Assembly: GCA_946414935.1 (NCBI GenBank)
Contig: CAMKQN010000004.1
Span: 2,812 to 66,811, forward strand
Direction: 5' to 3'
Origin: an uncultured Bacteroidales bacterium
GTDB lineage: Bacteria; Bacteroidota; Bacteroidia; Bacteroidales; UBA932
Length of the DNA stretch: 64,000 nucleotides
Shown here piece by piece: positions 9,949-19,515 of this stretch. Numbering within the stretch: position 1 is the first letter of the stretch; every line of letters starts with the position of its first letter. A program made the translations under genes and the position numbers. The notes under the pieces were generated by a model. The model ran no database searches. It saw nothing but the letters and a program-made list of their open reading frames with translations, and was not told the origin of the DNA.

Positions 9949-11885
9949 TACAGCCAGGTTTCGAAATAATCCGTGATCTTTTCGTAAAGCTGCGCCCTCC
10001 ATGGCCCTACCACATTGTGTTCGCTTCGGGGATAGGGGAAATAATCGGCCAGCACGTTGTGCTCAACGCAGGACTGTATGAAACTCAGCGAGTTGATGGG
10101 GAGTACCGTGCCGTCCTCCATACCCTGGCAAATGAGCAGGCGGGCTCTCAGGGCAGGCACTTTGCCAATCAGGGATGTGGCGGCGAATCCCTCCGGATTG
10201 GTCTCCGGGGTATCCATGTACCGCTCTCCGTACATTACCTCATACCACTTCCAGTCTATCACGGGACCGCCGGCAACAGCCACCTTGAAAATATCGGGGT
10301 ATTTTGTGGCCAGGGTGATGGTCATGAAACCGCCGTAGCTCCAGCCGGACACTCCTATCCTGCCCTCATCTACCCATCCCTCTGCAATCAGCTGGCGCAA
10401 ACCGGTCACTTGGTCGGCGCTCTCGGCCTCTCCGCAGCGGCGGTTGATGGCTTTGGCAAAGGCAGCACCACGGTTATCCGTGCCCCGATTGTCCTGAATA
10501 TAAAGCACATAGCCTTTCTGCGCCATCAGCAGCTCCCAGTTCCTTATGCCCCCAAGCCAGCGGTCGCTTACCATCTGGCTGTGCGGGCCGCCGTACACGT
10601 AAACTATAAGCGGATACTTGCGGGAAGGGTCGAAGTCAGCAGGTTTCACAAGCCGGTAGTAGTTGACATACCGAGGGTCGGCGGAAGGAACGGTTCCGAA
10701 TTCCACTGTCACGGGACTGTACGGCGCCATAGGCTCGGCAGCTTCCGCCAGTTCGCGCTCGAGGCTGCCGTCGGCCTTGCGCAGCACGCTCCTGCCAGGA
10801 AGGTCAACGGCGCTGAGGACATCTATAAAATGGCTGCAGTCGGGGCTGAAGCTCACGGTATGCCAGCCGCTTCCAGAAGTGAGCTGCTGCGGCTTACCAA
10901 ACTTTATCTTGCTCAACTTCAAAGACTTGGAAGATCTCGGCATCGTCAGTTTGATACGGAACAGATGGTTCTCTGCAGGGGACAGTTCCGCCGATGTGTA
11001 ATAGACGTATGAGCCGTCGTTGGCAACGTAACTCACATCGGCATCGCACTGGGTAAGACGGCGCAGGCCGCCCTCCAGGTCGCACAGATACAGCTGGCGG
11101 TAACCGTCCCGGTTGTCGGTACGGTAAATGAAAAACTCCGTACCCTTGATGAAACTCACCCCCTCTCGCGGCTCCACCCAGGCCTCGTTGCTCTCTTCCA
11201 GCAGAGTACGCACGAAACTGCCGTCAGCAGCACTGTACAAGTTCATCCGGAGCTGATGCTGGCTGCGGTCAATCACCTGCACCAGCAGGCCTTTGGAATC
11301 CGGAGTCCAGCTCACGCCAGCCAGGTAGCGCTCATCCGTGAAGTCCGTCACAGCGAGCGTATTACGTATATTACCGAGAGTATCGCAGATGCAGAGGCTC
11401 ACATGCTCGGACTCCATGCCGTTCATGGGATACTTTATACTTTTCAACTGCCCTGTGCGGGAGTTGATGTCCAGCAGCGGGAAACTCCCCACCTGGGTCT
11501 CATCAACCCTGTACACCGCCAGCAAGGAGCCGTCGGGAGAAACGAACCAGCCGCGGTCTATGCCGAACTCGTTACGGGAGGGAACTTTGCCGTAGCTGAC
11601 TTCCGGATTGGCGGAAACCGGCAGCTTCGGGGTCTTGCGTGGAGTCCGTGAAGGCTTGTCCGTAAGTTCGGAGCCGGAGGTCCAGCCGTAACGCTTCAGT
11701 TGCGGACGGGTATAGCTACTTACTATGTCTTTGCAGTTCAGCATCTTTCCGCCTTCGGTACCGACGGTGACGCTTTTCAGCACCATGCGCTGGGAGATTG
11801 GCTTGTTTTCAAGCGCTTGCGCCGGCGAAGGAGCGCCGGAAATGACGGCAAGGATTAATGCCGTGAGTAAAGTCAGCTGTCTCAT
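9948..11885 (-). CDS. S9B serine peptidase (dipeptidyl peptidase IV / prolyl tripeptidyl peptidase-like)
   Basis: Signal peptide; YVYGGPHSQ; nucleophile GWSYGG; YEVMYGERYM; C-terminal Asp/His (EDGTV, SEHNV). Confidence 0.92.
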   Translation of the reverse strand: MRQLTLLTALILAVISGAPSPAQALENKPISQRMVLKSVTVGTEGGKMLNCKDIVSSYTRPQLKRYGWTSGSELTDKPSRTPRKTPKLPVSANPEVSYGKVPSRNEFGIDRGWFVSPDGSLLAVYRVDETQVGSFPLLDINSRTGQLKSIKYPMNGMESEHVSLCICDTLGNIRNTLAVTDFTDERYLAGVSWTPDSKGLLVQVIDRSQHQLRMNLYSAADGSFVRTLLEESNEAWVEPREGVSFIKGTEFFIYRTDNRDGYRQLYLCDLEGGLRRLTQCDADVSYVANDGSYVYYTSAELSPAENHLFRIKLTMPRSSKSLKLSKIKFGKPQQLTSGSGWHTVSFSPDCSHFIDVLSAVDLPGRSVLRKADGSLERELAEAAEPMAPYSPVTVEFGTVPSADPRYVNYYRLVKPADFDPSRKYPLIVYVYGGPHSQMVSDRWLGGIRNWELLMAQKGYVLYIQDNRGTDNRGAAFAKAINRRCGEAESADQVTGLRQLIAEGWVDEGRIGVSGWSYGGFMTITLATKYPDIFKVAVAGGPVIDWKWYEVMYGERYMDTPETNPEGFAATSLIGKVPALRARLLICQGMEDGTVLPINSLSFIQSCVEHNVLADYFPYPRSEHNVVGPWRAQLYEKITDYFETWL

Positions 11886-11926
11886 ACAAAGACAAAGATA
11901 TCAAAAATAATTGCTATTTTCGCAGT
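11886..11926. promoter_or_regulatory. Back-to-back divergent -7 promoter boxes
   Basis: TATCTTTG on - strand (11900-11893) and TATTTTCG on + strand (11915-11922) within a 41-bp gap. Confidence 0.55.
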
Positions 11927-13276
11927 ATGAAAAGAAGATTTGTGCTATTGCTGGCCACACTATGCTTGGGCATGGGTATTAATGCCTCAGCACAACCAAG
12001 GGACGCTTTCAGGGAAATACGGGAAGACCCCGACAAGGCCGGAACGGTGTTCTACATGTACGACCACGACATTCCTCCGGCAGCCAAGCCTCCAAAGGGA
12101 TTCAAATCATTCTATATCAGCCATTACGGGCGCCACGGAGCACGCAACCATTCCTCAGAATGGGACTTTTCCGTCATCTGGGATCTCTTCCGCGTCGCCC
12201 ACGACCGCGGCCTGCTCACGGAACAGGGGGAAGAATTCCTGAGCCTCTACTCCAAGGCCTATCCGCTGCTTAAAGGACGCACGAGCGACCTGTGCGACCG
12301 GGGGTTCCAGCAGCAGTACAAGATAGCCCACAACATGTACAGCCGGCACAAGCATATATTCCGCAAAAATGCCAGAATAGATGCCGTCTCCACCATAGTT
12401 CCGCGCTGCATCCTGACCATGTCGGCATTTTCTGACCAGATGCTGAGGGAAAGCCCCAGACTGCAGATAGATAAGCAGGCCAGCAACTCTACCATGCACT
12501 ATACCAATCCGTTTTCTCTCCAGAATCCGGACGTGCAGGTAACCGACGAGGGTTATAACAACAAGTACGCATATTGGCAGGCAGATTTCAAGGCCCTGTG
12601 CAAGGAACTGATGAGCCCGGAAAAAGCCTTTTCTCCATTGATTAAGGACCTGTCTATTCTGAAAGAGTTCGGGGACCCAATCAAACTGGAAATAGCGCTG
12701 TTCTCCATTCCCAACAACGTCCAGGTGAACGGCTTGATGCAGGACGAACTGTGGCGGTTCATCCCCATCGAGGAGATCTGCAACATTTACGAGTGCCTAA
12801 ATTTCCGTTTCTACGCCTCCAAAGGGCCTGACACCCTTTACCAGAAAGGCCGGCAGTGGGCATTCGTATGGCGCACAATGCAGGATATCATAGACAAGGC
12901 GGACGAAGACCTGCAGAGCGGAGAATATGCCGCCAGGCTGCGTTTCGGCCACGATATAATAATTATGTCGTTGTTTGTCTTGCTGGATATAGACGGTTTC
13001 AACCAGCCTGTCGGCGACATCCATGACGTGAAAAATGTCTTCCGTTCCTATGAATTCCCCATGTCGCTCAATACCCAGTTCGTTTTCTACAAGAACCGCT
13101 CCGGCGACATCCTGGTCCGGCTTCTGTACAATGAACGCGACATCGCACTCCCCATCCGGGACTGCGGTACGCCCTATTTCTACCGCTGGGAAGATTTCCG
13201 CAGTTTCGCCATGGACCGCATAGTCCTCGCAAAACACATCATCGCCACCACCCAGGCACCGCCCAAAAAGAAATAG
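11927..13276 (+). CDS. Secreted histidine acid phosphatase (phytase/MINPP-like family)
   Basis: Signal peptide; SHYGRHGAR catalytic motif; RFGHD. Confidence 0.88.
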   Translation: MKRRFVLLLATLCLGMGINASAQPRDAFREIREDPDKAGTVFYMYDHDIPPAAKPPKGFKSFYISHYGRHGARNHSSEWDFSVIWDLFRVAHDRGLLTEQGEEFLSLYSKAYPLLKGRTSDLCDRGFQQQYKIAHNMYSRHKHIFRKNARIDAVSTIVPRCILTMSAFSDQMLRESPRLQIDKQASNSTMHYTNPFSLQNPDVQVTDEGYNNKYAYWQADFKALCKELMSPEKAFSPLIKDLSILKEFGDPIKLEIALFSIPNNVQVNGLMQDELWRFIPIEEICNIYECLNFRFYASKGPDTLYQKGRQWAFVWRTMQDIIDKADEDLQSGEYAARLRFGHDIIIMSLFVLLDIDGFNQPVGDIHDVKNVFRSYEFPMSLNTQFVFYKNRSGDILVRLLYNERDIALPIRDCGTPYFYRWEDFRSFAMDRIVLAKHIIATTQAPPKKK

Positions 13277-13287
13277 AGGGACCGCTT

Positions 13288-14160
13288 TCAATAGCGTATG
13301 TCCGTCAGGTACAAGGCATGCGCGGGCACGGATTCCCCGGCCAATGACCGGGACGATTCCCGCACACAGGTGCCTGCAGGCAGGATAAGAGAAGCAAAAG
13401 AATCTTCGCTGCGGCGGCCGCGTCCTACTTCCAGGAGCGTTCCCACAATCGCCCGGACCATATTCCGCAGGAAACGGTCGGCTTCGATTACAAAGCGCCA
13501 GTACTGCGGGTCTCCAGGGCAGCCGGCGCACAGAGGCGACGAACTGCTGCAGGGAGGCGCGGGCACCGGGGCATGCAGTTCAGGCTCATAGGGCTCCCAA
13601 CGGGCGGAAAACACGGTGCAGACGGAGGTCTTGTTGTCCCCGCCGCTCTTCTCGAAACAAGAAAAATCATGCGTACCCAAGAGCAATGCGGCTGCCCGGT
13701 TCATAGCCGCCACGTCGAACTCGGGATAGGCGAAAAAGTAAGACATGCTGCCGAGGAATGGATCCTTACGTCGGTGCAGATAATACGTATATTGCCTGAG
13801 CCGGGCATCGAAACGGGCATGAAAATCCGGAGCTGCGGGTGCTATGGCACTGACACTTACGCCCTTTGGAAGGATAGCATTGAGCTTGTAGCAAAGCTGC
13901 CGGCAGTCCAGGGCGCCATCCTTGCCGCCGGAATCCGCAAGCAGCGGGCCGGGTACCGGGGCGTCGAAATCGAAATGGGCGACGTAAAAGGAAGCGTTCA
14001 CCCCGGTATCCGTACGGCCAGCGCCCACAACCCCTGCCTCGGTCCGCAGCAACGTGCACAGGGCCTTCTCCAAGGCTTCCTGAACCGAAGGCTCGCTGGG
14101 CTGAACCTGCCAGCCGCAGAACCCGGCGCCGCTGTAACTCATATCAATCCTGTACCTCAT
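13288..14160 (-). CDS. truA: tRNA pseudouridine(38-40) synthase
   Basis: GWQVQ, GAGRTDTGV, FHARFDA, FLRNMVRAIVG. Confidence 0.95.
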   Translation of the reverse strand: MRYRIDMSYSGAGFCGWQVQPSEPSVQEALEKALCTLLRTEAGVVGAGRTDTGVNASFYVAHFDFDAPVPGPLLADSGGKDGALDCRQLCYKLNAILPKGVSVSAIAPAAPDFHARFDARLRQYTYYLHRRKDPFLGSMSYFFAYPEFDVAAMNRAAALLLGTHDFSCFEKSGGDNKTSVCTVFSARWEPYEPELHAPVPAPPCSSSSPLCAGCPGDPQYWRFVIEADRFLRNMVRAIVGTLLEVGRGRRSEDSFASLILPAGTCVRESSRSLAGESVPAHALYLTDIRY

Positions 14161-14179
14161 CGTGACGACGCACCGTTAA

Positions 14180-16780
14180 CTAAATGACGCTGATTACACG
14201 TACCGGCAGCCAACCCTGGCGTCCGTCGGCAAGCTCGATATTCTCCCAGTCACCCACGGTCTCCAGCAGTTTCACTTTCGTACCTTCGTGGAGCACGAAC
14301 AGGCTCACGCCGCTGCCGGGGGAGCTTTTTACTTCCGTAACGGCTTCGGTCACGATAGCGCTGTCCCGCTTTCTTGCATCCGTGCGCTGCCAGAACGCGA
14401 AATCGAGGCATAGCAGGCAGAGCAGCAAGGTAATGATTCCTGCAAAGAAACCGGCCTTGCGGGTACCTCCGCGGCCTAAAAGGAAGAGCAACAGCATGGC
14501 AAGAGTGAGTGCGAAGAACAGTATGCAGAGCACAGCCCATACGTTGGAGGGAAGCAGCCAGCAGGCCTTGCGACCCCAAGCTTCCACGAAGAACTCGGGC
14601 ACTTCCTCTATACGGTCCTGCACCTGGCCACGGGCAAATTCCAGATTAAAACGAGCATCCGTATATGAAGGGTCAACTTTGAGCGAGCGTTCATACCAAA
14701 GTATAGCGTGCGCTATATCGCCCTGCTTGAAGCAAGCGTTGCCTATATTGTAGTAAAGCTCTGCGCTTTCCAGGCCCTGCCCGGCAATAGCGCTCCAGGC
14801 TTGCCCGGCCTCTTCCCAGCGGCCGTCGGCATAAGCGGCCGTGCCTGCAGTCCAAAGGGAATCCGCAGGTACCGAGGCAAAGGCTCCGAACGGCAGCAAC
14901 AGCAGCAAAATCGCGGCTATAGCGGCACCGGCGCCGTTTTTACTCTTTTTTCTCATAGCAGAATCGATGTCTGATATTGCGTTCACCGCCCCCTCGAAAT
15001 GGGCATTCATGGCATCGTGACCTTCGGACGGTGCGTAACGGGCAAACTCACATGCATCCAGCAACTCGGTAAAGCGGTCGGCCTGCTCCTGAAGGGCACC
15101 GCCCTCGACCAGTTTTTCGCTGATGTTTTCCTTGCTCAAGTCGGCGGCCGGCATATTGAGCTTGTCGCTCACGAAGCCCAGCAAAGCCTTATGCAATTCC
15201 TCATAGAAAGCGGTGTAGAGGTCTTTCTTGAGGAATTCACCCGCCTGTGCAAGCCGCTTGCGGGCCATCTTGGTAGCGGACCTGTTCCTGGAGCCCACTA
15301 CATCCGCCCGCCGAGCCGCCAGGCCGCGGGTCGCGAAATACACTGCGGCTGCCAGCAGCGAAAGCAGGGCGATGATGAGCCAGAACGCTGCGGAGCCTAC
15401 GAAGAAGGCCCCGGCCTTGCTGAACTTAGGCGTGCTGGTGCTGATGAAACGGATGTCGGAACCCAGGTCGCGGACGTCCTTGCGGTTCGGTGCGGCAATC
15501 ATCTGGCCACCGTCCTGATGTGCCGCCGCTTCGTAGCCCTTCAGCACTTTTATAGGCAGCTCCTGGCTGCGCAGGGTAACGAATCTGCCGTTTGCTACAT
15601 CGTAGTAGCTGTATTCCACCGGCCCTATTACGAACTGTCCGTAGCTACGTGGGATGAAAGGATATTCAAAGGTCTTGGAACCTGCTGATTCAGTGGTCTT
15701 TATGTCGTAAACTTCAAAGTCCGGAGGGAAGTTTATCTTAGGCGCTTCGAGCAGGGAGATATTGCCTTTCCCGCTGATTGTAAGTTTAAGCGAGGCTGCA
15801 TCGTGAGTCTGGAGGGAATCCCTGGTAAGCGAAGCGCTCATACGGAAACTGCCCACGCCTCCTCCGAAAGAATCCGGCGCGCCGGCCGGGATGCGGGACA
15901 CCTGTACCTTGAGGGCGGGAGTAGTGACACGTTTGCGTATAGTGGTGTAGTCGTCCTGGAAGAAACTATCGAAAATGCTGCCGGAAGAGCTCCGGCGGCT
16001 GCGGACGTTTACAAGGCACACGAGCTCCGCAGGGTCGATGGTAATCTCTCCAGCCTGCTGGGGAATGAGGGTCCAGCTGCGGATGACAGCGGCATCATAA
16101 ATCCTGTCGCCTACACTTTCGCGATGGAACTCGATATTGCTGGGCGACTGCAGTTCCTGACTCCAGAATCCGTTGAAACTCGGAAACTTGGCATCCTCGA
16201 AGCCGGCTATGTTCACCCTGTGGTAGAGTTTAAGGGTGGCGGTAATGGTTTCGCCCACTACGGCCTTGCTCTTGCTTAAACTGAGACGCATGAAAATATC
16301 GTCGGCGGCAACCGTGCCGCTTTGCGCCTGCTGGCCTCCCTGGGAACCGCTGCCCCCCTGGGCGCCTCCTTGCCTGCCGCCCTGGGAACTCTGGGCGCCG
16401 TTGGATACGACCTGGACAGAAACCCGCCTGGAGCTGATTTCCTGCCCTTTCAGGGTAGCGGTAGCTGCCGGCAACTGGAAAGTTCCGGTACTGCGGGGCA
16501 TCAACACGTAGGTATATGTGGTCTGCGAAGACTGGGTCCTCTTGCCGTTTACAATGCTGATGGAGCTGGAACTGCCTTTCTGCGGTCCCCAAACCAGCTG
16601 GAAATCATCTCCAGGCTCCCATTGGAAAGCGGAGGGACGACCTTCGCCTTCGATAATGAAGGTGACGCTGAACTGTTCATCCACTGCCACAAGATTCTGC
16701 ACGTTCACCTGAATGGCATTCTGGGCAAAAGCCGGGAGGCACGCAAACAATATTGCGGATATTGCGAGGAGTCGTTTCAT
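14180..16780 (-). CDS. batD: BatD-BatE fusion protein (BatD Ig-like region, TM, TPR + SH3-like BatE region)
   Basis: BatD-like N-terminal part (SSISIVNGK, FSFNGFW-type and GGVGSF motifs); C-terminal YNIGNACFK TPR and LHEGTKV...GRQGW of BatE; position after batC. Confidence 0.85.
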   Translation of the reverse strand: MKRLLAISAILFACLPAFAQNAIQVNVQNLVAVDEQFSVTFIIEGEGRPSAFQWEPGDDFQLVWGPQKGSSSSISIVNGKRTQSSQTTYTYVLMPRSTGTFQLPAATATLKGQEISSRRVSVQVVSNGAQSSQGGRQGGAQGGSGSQGGQQAQSGTVAADDIFMRLSLSKSKAVVGETITATLKLYHRVNIAGFEDAKFPSFNGFWSQELQSPSNIEFHRESVGDRIYDAAVIRSWTLIPQQAGEITIDPAELVCLVNVRSRRSSSGSIFDSFFQDDYTTIRKRVTTPALKVQVSRIPAGAPDSFGGGVGSFRMSASLTRDSLQTHDAASLKLTISGKGNISLLEAPKINFPPDFEVYDIKTTESAGSKTFEYPFIPRSYGQFVIGPVEYSYYDVANGRFVTLRSQELPIKVLKGYEAAAHQDGGQMIAAPNRKDVRDLGSDIRFISTSTPKFSKAGAFFVGSAAFWLIIALLSLLAAAVYFATRGLAARRADVVGSRNRSATKMARKRLAQAGEFLKKDLYTAFYEELHKALLGFVSDKLNMPAADLSKENISEKLVEGGALQEQADRFTELLDACEFARYAPSEGHDAMNAHFEGAVNAISDIDSAMRKKSKNGAGAAIAAILLLLLPFGAFASVPADSLWTAGTAAYADGRWEEAGQAWSAIAGQGLESAELYYNIGNACFKQGDIAHAILWYERSLKVDPSYTDARFNLEFARGQVQDRIEEVPEFFVEAWGRKACWLLPSNVWAVLCILFFALTLAMLLLFLLGRGGTRKAGFFAGIITLLLCLLCLDFAFWQRTDARKRDSAIVTEAVTEVKSSPGSGVSLFVLHEGTKVKLLETVGDWENIELADGRQGWLPVRVISVI

Positions 16781-16784
16781 TGCT

Positions 16785-17534
16785 CTACCAATTCTTGTCT
16801 TTCTGGCGGGCTTTCAGGGCTGCCGCCTTTTCCTTGTTCACCTTATCCTGAGTCTCTTTTTCCTTGGCCTGTATGGCTCTGAGCATCTGCTGGGCCTGCT
16901 GGGGTGAAATCTTCTGCCCGGCCTGGTCCTGCTGATCTTGCTGATCCTGTTGATCCTGCTGATTCTGCTGATCTTGCTGATCCTGTTGATCCTGCTGATT
17001 CTGCTGATCTTGCTGATTCTGTTGGTCCTGCTGATTTTGCTGATTCTGCTGGTCCTGCTGGTCTTGATTTTGCTGGTCGTTCTGTCCTTCGCCGCCATTC
17101 TGCTGGTTCTCCAGCATCTTCTTGGCATATATGTAGTTCTCCTTGGCATCCATGTCATCGGGATGCAGCAGCAAGGCCTCCCTGAATGCCTTCACCGCAG
17201 CTGCGTAGTCCTTTTTCTGCAGGGCTACGTCACCGCTGTTGTAATGCCAGTCGGCTGCGTGAGAGCTGGCCGGAGCCACTCCCTTAAGCCGTTCCAAGGC
17301 TTTTCCAGCACCGTCCCAATCTTCCTGGCGATACAGGGAAGAGGCCAGATTGTATGAGCCGGCAAGCGAAAGGGAGTCTTTCACCACCGCCCTGCGATAA
17401 TCGATTTCAGCTTCCTTCCAGTTCTGCTTGCCGAACTTCCGGTTGCCGGCCCGCACTTCCCTCTTGTCGGCCTGGGCAAAGACGCAGGAGTAACTAAGCA
17501 ACAGAGCCAAGATGGTATATATCAACTTTTTCAT
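16785..17534 (-). CDS. batC: BatC TPR protein with Q/D/N-rich linker
   Basis: Signal peptide, TPR motifs, low-complexity Q tract, C-terminal KDKNW; synteny. Confidence 0.88.
   Translation of the reverse strand: MKKLIYTILALLLSYSCVFAQADKREVRAGNRKFGKQNWKEAEIDYRRAVVKDSLSLAGSYNLASSLYRQEDWDGAGKALERLKGVAPASSHAADWHYNSGDVALQKKDYAAAVKAFREALLLHPDDMDAKENYIYAKKMLENQQNGGEGQNDQQNQDQQDQQNQQNQQDQQNQQDQQNQQDQQDQQDQQNQQDQQDQQDQQDQAGQKISPQQAQQMLRAIQAKEKETQDKVNKEKAAALKARQKDKNW
16923..17084 (-). repeat. 9-nt-period tandem repeat (36-nt higher-order unit) encoding (Q-Q-D/N)n in BatC
   Basis: tgatcctgttgatcctgctgattctgctgatcttgc occurs twice in tandem plus degenerate copies. Confidence 0.9.
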
Positions 17535-18532
17535 TCGAACAGTCTCCTTTTGTGCCTGCGTTCGCCGACAAGCATCTCCAGCACGAAAAACAATAATGCC
17601 GCGGCGAAGAAATACATATATTGTTCATCGAAATCTTCGAAAACGATGGAATTGTATTTTTCTGCATCCATCTTCTTGATGTCGTCGATTATGGGGTTCA
17701 GGCCGAATTCTTCGCCGCCGGCGTGAACATAGGCTCCGCCGCCCTCAGCCGCGATTTTTTTCAGAGTCCCTTCATCCAACCGGGTCACCACTATGTTGCC
17801 TTCACTGTCTTTGAGCAGTTCGCCGTTCACCGGAATGGGCTGGCCTTGCTGGGACCCTACACCGATGGTGTATATCTTGATGCCGAGCTCTGCGGCTTGT
17901 TTTGCTGCATCCACGGCATCGTCTTCGTGGTTCTCACCATCCGTGATGATAATGATTGCCCGGCTCTTTTCGCTCTGGGCGCTGAAGCTCTTGGCCGCCG
18001 TGAGTATGGCTTCGCCAATAGCCGTGCCCTGCACCGGCACAGATTCGGTATTGATGTTCCCGAGGAACATCTTGGCGGAAATATAGTCCGTCGTGATGGG
18101 CAGCTGGACGAAGGAAGTTCCGGCGAATATAATCAAGCCGATACGGTCGCCCTGAAGCTTGTCCACCACCCTTGAAATGGCCAGTTTGGCTCTGTCCAGG
18201 CGGCAAGGGGAGTAATCCTCGGCCAACATGGAGTTGGACACGTCCAGGCAAATCATTATCTCGGCGCCCTTGGTCTCGTGTTCTTTGAGTTTGGCTCCCA
18301 TCTGCGGCCTGGCAAGGCCTACGACGAAGCACAGGAAGCCCAAAGTGAAAAGTACAATGCGTACCCAGCCCTTTGAACGGGACCACGAGGGCATGAGTTC
18401 ACGCACCAGGTTTTCGTCGCCGAAACGACGGATGCGGCGCCTGCGGAGCGAACGCAGTATTCCGTAAACCACCGGAATAAGCGGCACCAGCAGCAAGAGC
18501 CAGAAATATTCAGGAGAAGCAAAGTACAACAT
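17531..18532 (-). CDS. batB: BatB, VWA-domain membrane protein
   Basis: MIDAS DVSNSM, ITDGE, LARPQMG; follows batA. Confidence 0.9.
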   Translation of the reverse strand: MLYFASPEYFWLLLLVPLIPVVYGILRSLRRRRIRRFGDENLVRELMPSWSRSKGWVRIVLFTLGFLCFVVGLARPQMGAKLKEHETKGAEIMICLDVSNSMLAEDYSPCRLDRAKLAISRVVDKLQGDRIGLIIFAGTSFVQLPITTDYISAKMFLGNINTESVPVQGTAIGEAILTAAKSFSAQSEKSRAIIIITDGENHEDDAVDAAKQAAELGIKIYTIGVGSQQGQPIPVNGELLKDSEGNIVVTRLDEGTLKKIAAEGGGAYVHAGGEEFGLNPIIDDIKKMDAEKYNSIVFEDFDEQYMYFFAAALLFFVLEMLVGERRHKRRLFE

Positions 18533-19515
18533 TACGGCATCCTCCTTATAGCTAAGCGTACAAGTAACTCCATCAAGAGGCAGACCAAAGCCGCCAGAGC
18601 GTACCTGCCGAACAATTCTTTGTACACGGGGAAACTGTCGATGGTGGTGCGGGCCTTTTCCATCTGGTTGATTTCGGAGTAGATCTCCGACAGTTTGGTG
18701 TTGTCGGTGGCACGGAAATACCGCCCTCCGGTAACGTCGGCAATCTCCTGCAGCAGCTTCTCGTCAATCTCCACCTTCATCTGCTGTATATCCATGCCCC
18801 AAGGGGTCATAACCGGATAAGGAGCCATGCCGTTCGCCCCCACACCGATAGTGTAAACACGTATGCCATAGGTCTTTGCAATTTCCGCAGCTGTCTGCGG
18901 CGATACTTCTCCGGAGTTGTTTACTCCATCGGTAAGCAGGATGACCACACGGCTTTTGGCATCGGAATCTTTCATCCTGGCAACCGCCGTAGCAAGGCCG
19001 TTTCCGATAGCGGTTCCATCCTCGATCAGACCCGTCTGCACCTCTTTCATCAGGTTGATGAGCGTAGCCCGGTCCGTAGTGAGGGGGCACTGTGTGTAGC
19101 TCTCACCGGCAAAGACTACTATGCCCATGCGGTCCGAAGGTCTTTCGGCGATGAACTCTATAGCTATATCTTTGGCGGCGCTGATGCGGTCCGGCTTGAA
19201 ATCCCGGGCGAGCATACTGGTAGAAACGTCCATCGCCAGCACAATATCGATGCCTTCGGTGTCTATCTTTTCTATCTCAGTACTGGAGCGCGGACGCGCT
19301 ATCGCAATTATTATCAGCACTATAGCTGCAATGCGAAGGGCAAAGGGAAGATGCCTGAGCACGGCCAGCACGGTGCTGCCGCCCTTAAGCCATGGCGCAG
19401 AGGTGCTCACCCTCAGATGAGGACGGCGTCCGCGAAGCTCCATCCACAGATAGTGAAGCAGGAGCAGCACCGGAAGCGCCAGAAGCCAGAGGAGTTTAGG
19501 ATATTCGAAAAACAT
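18532..19515 (-). CDS. batA: BatA, VWA-domain membrane protein
   Basis: DVSTSM, GTAIGNGL, LLTDGVNN, TGGRYFRA. Confidence 0.92.
   Translation of the reverse strand: MFFEYPKLLWLLALPVLLLLHYLWMELRGRRPHLRVSTSAPWLKGGSTVLAVLRHLPFALRIAAIVLIIIAIARPRSSTEIEKIDTEGIDIVLAMDVSTSMLARDFKPDRISAAKDIAIEFIAERPSDRMGIVVFAGESYTQCPLTTDRATLINLMKEVQTGLIEDGTAIGNGLATAVARMKDSDAKSRVVILLTDGVNNSGEVSPQTAAEIAKTYGIRVYTIGVGANGMAPYPVMTPWGMDIQQMKVEIDEKLLQEIADVTGGRYFRATDNTKLSEIYSEINQMEKARTTIDSFPVYKELFGRYALAALVCLLMELLVRLAIRRMP

Noticed and set aside
8686-10002. ORF-track extended N-termini (folC; also DUF58, permease, padR, DUF1015, serA, pRiA4b-like)
   Set aside because: Extensions overlap neighbouring genes or promoters; downstream ATGs match family N-termini
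16923-17084. Possible CRISPR array or non-coding repeat
   Set aside because: No unique spacers, period a multiple of 3, inside a CDS, no cas genes; same for 24595-24906 and 55762-55839
16938-17357. Poly-Leu/Ile ORF (MLILLILL...)
   Set aside because: Reverse-strand reading of the BatC Gln repeat
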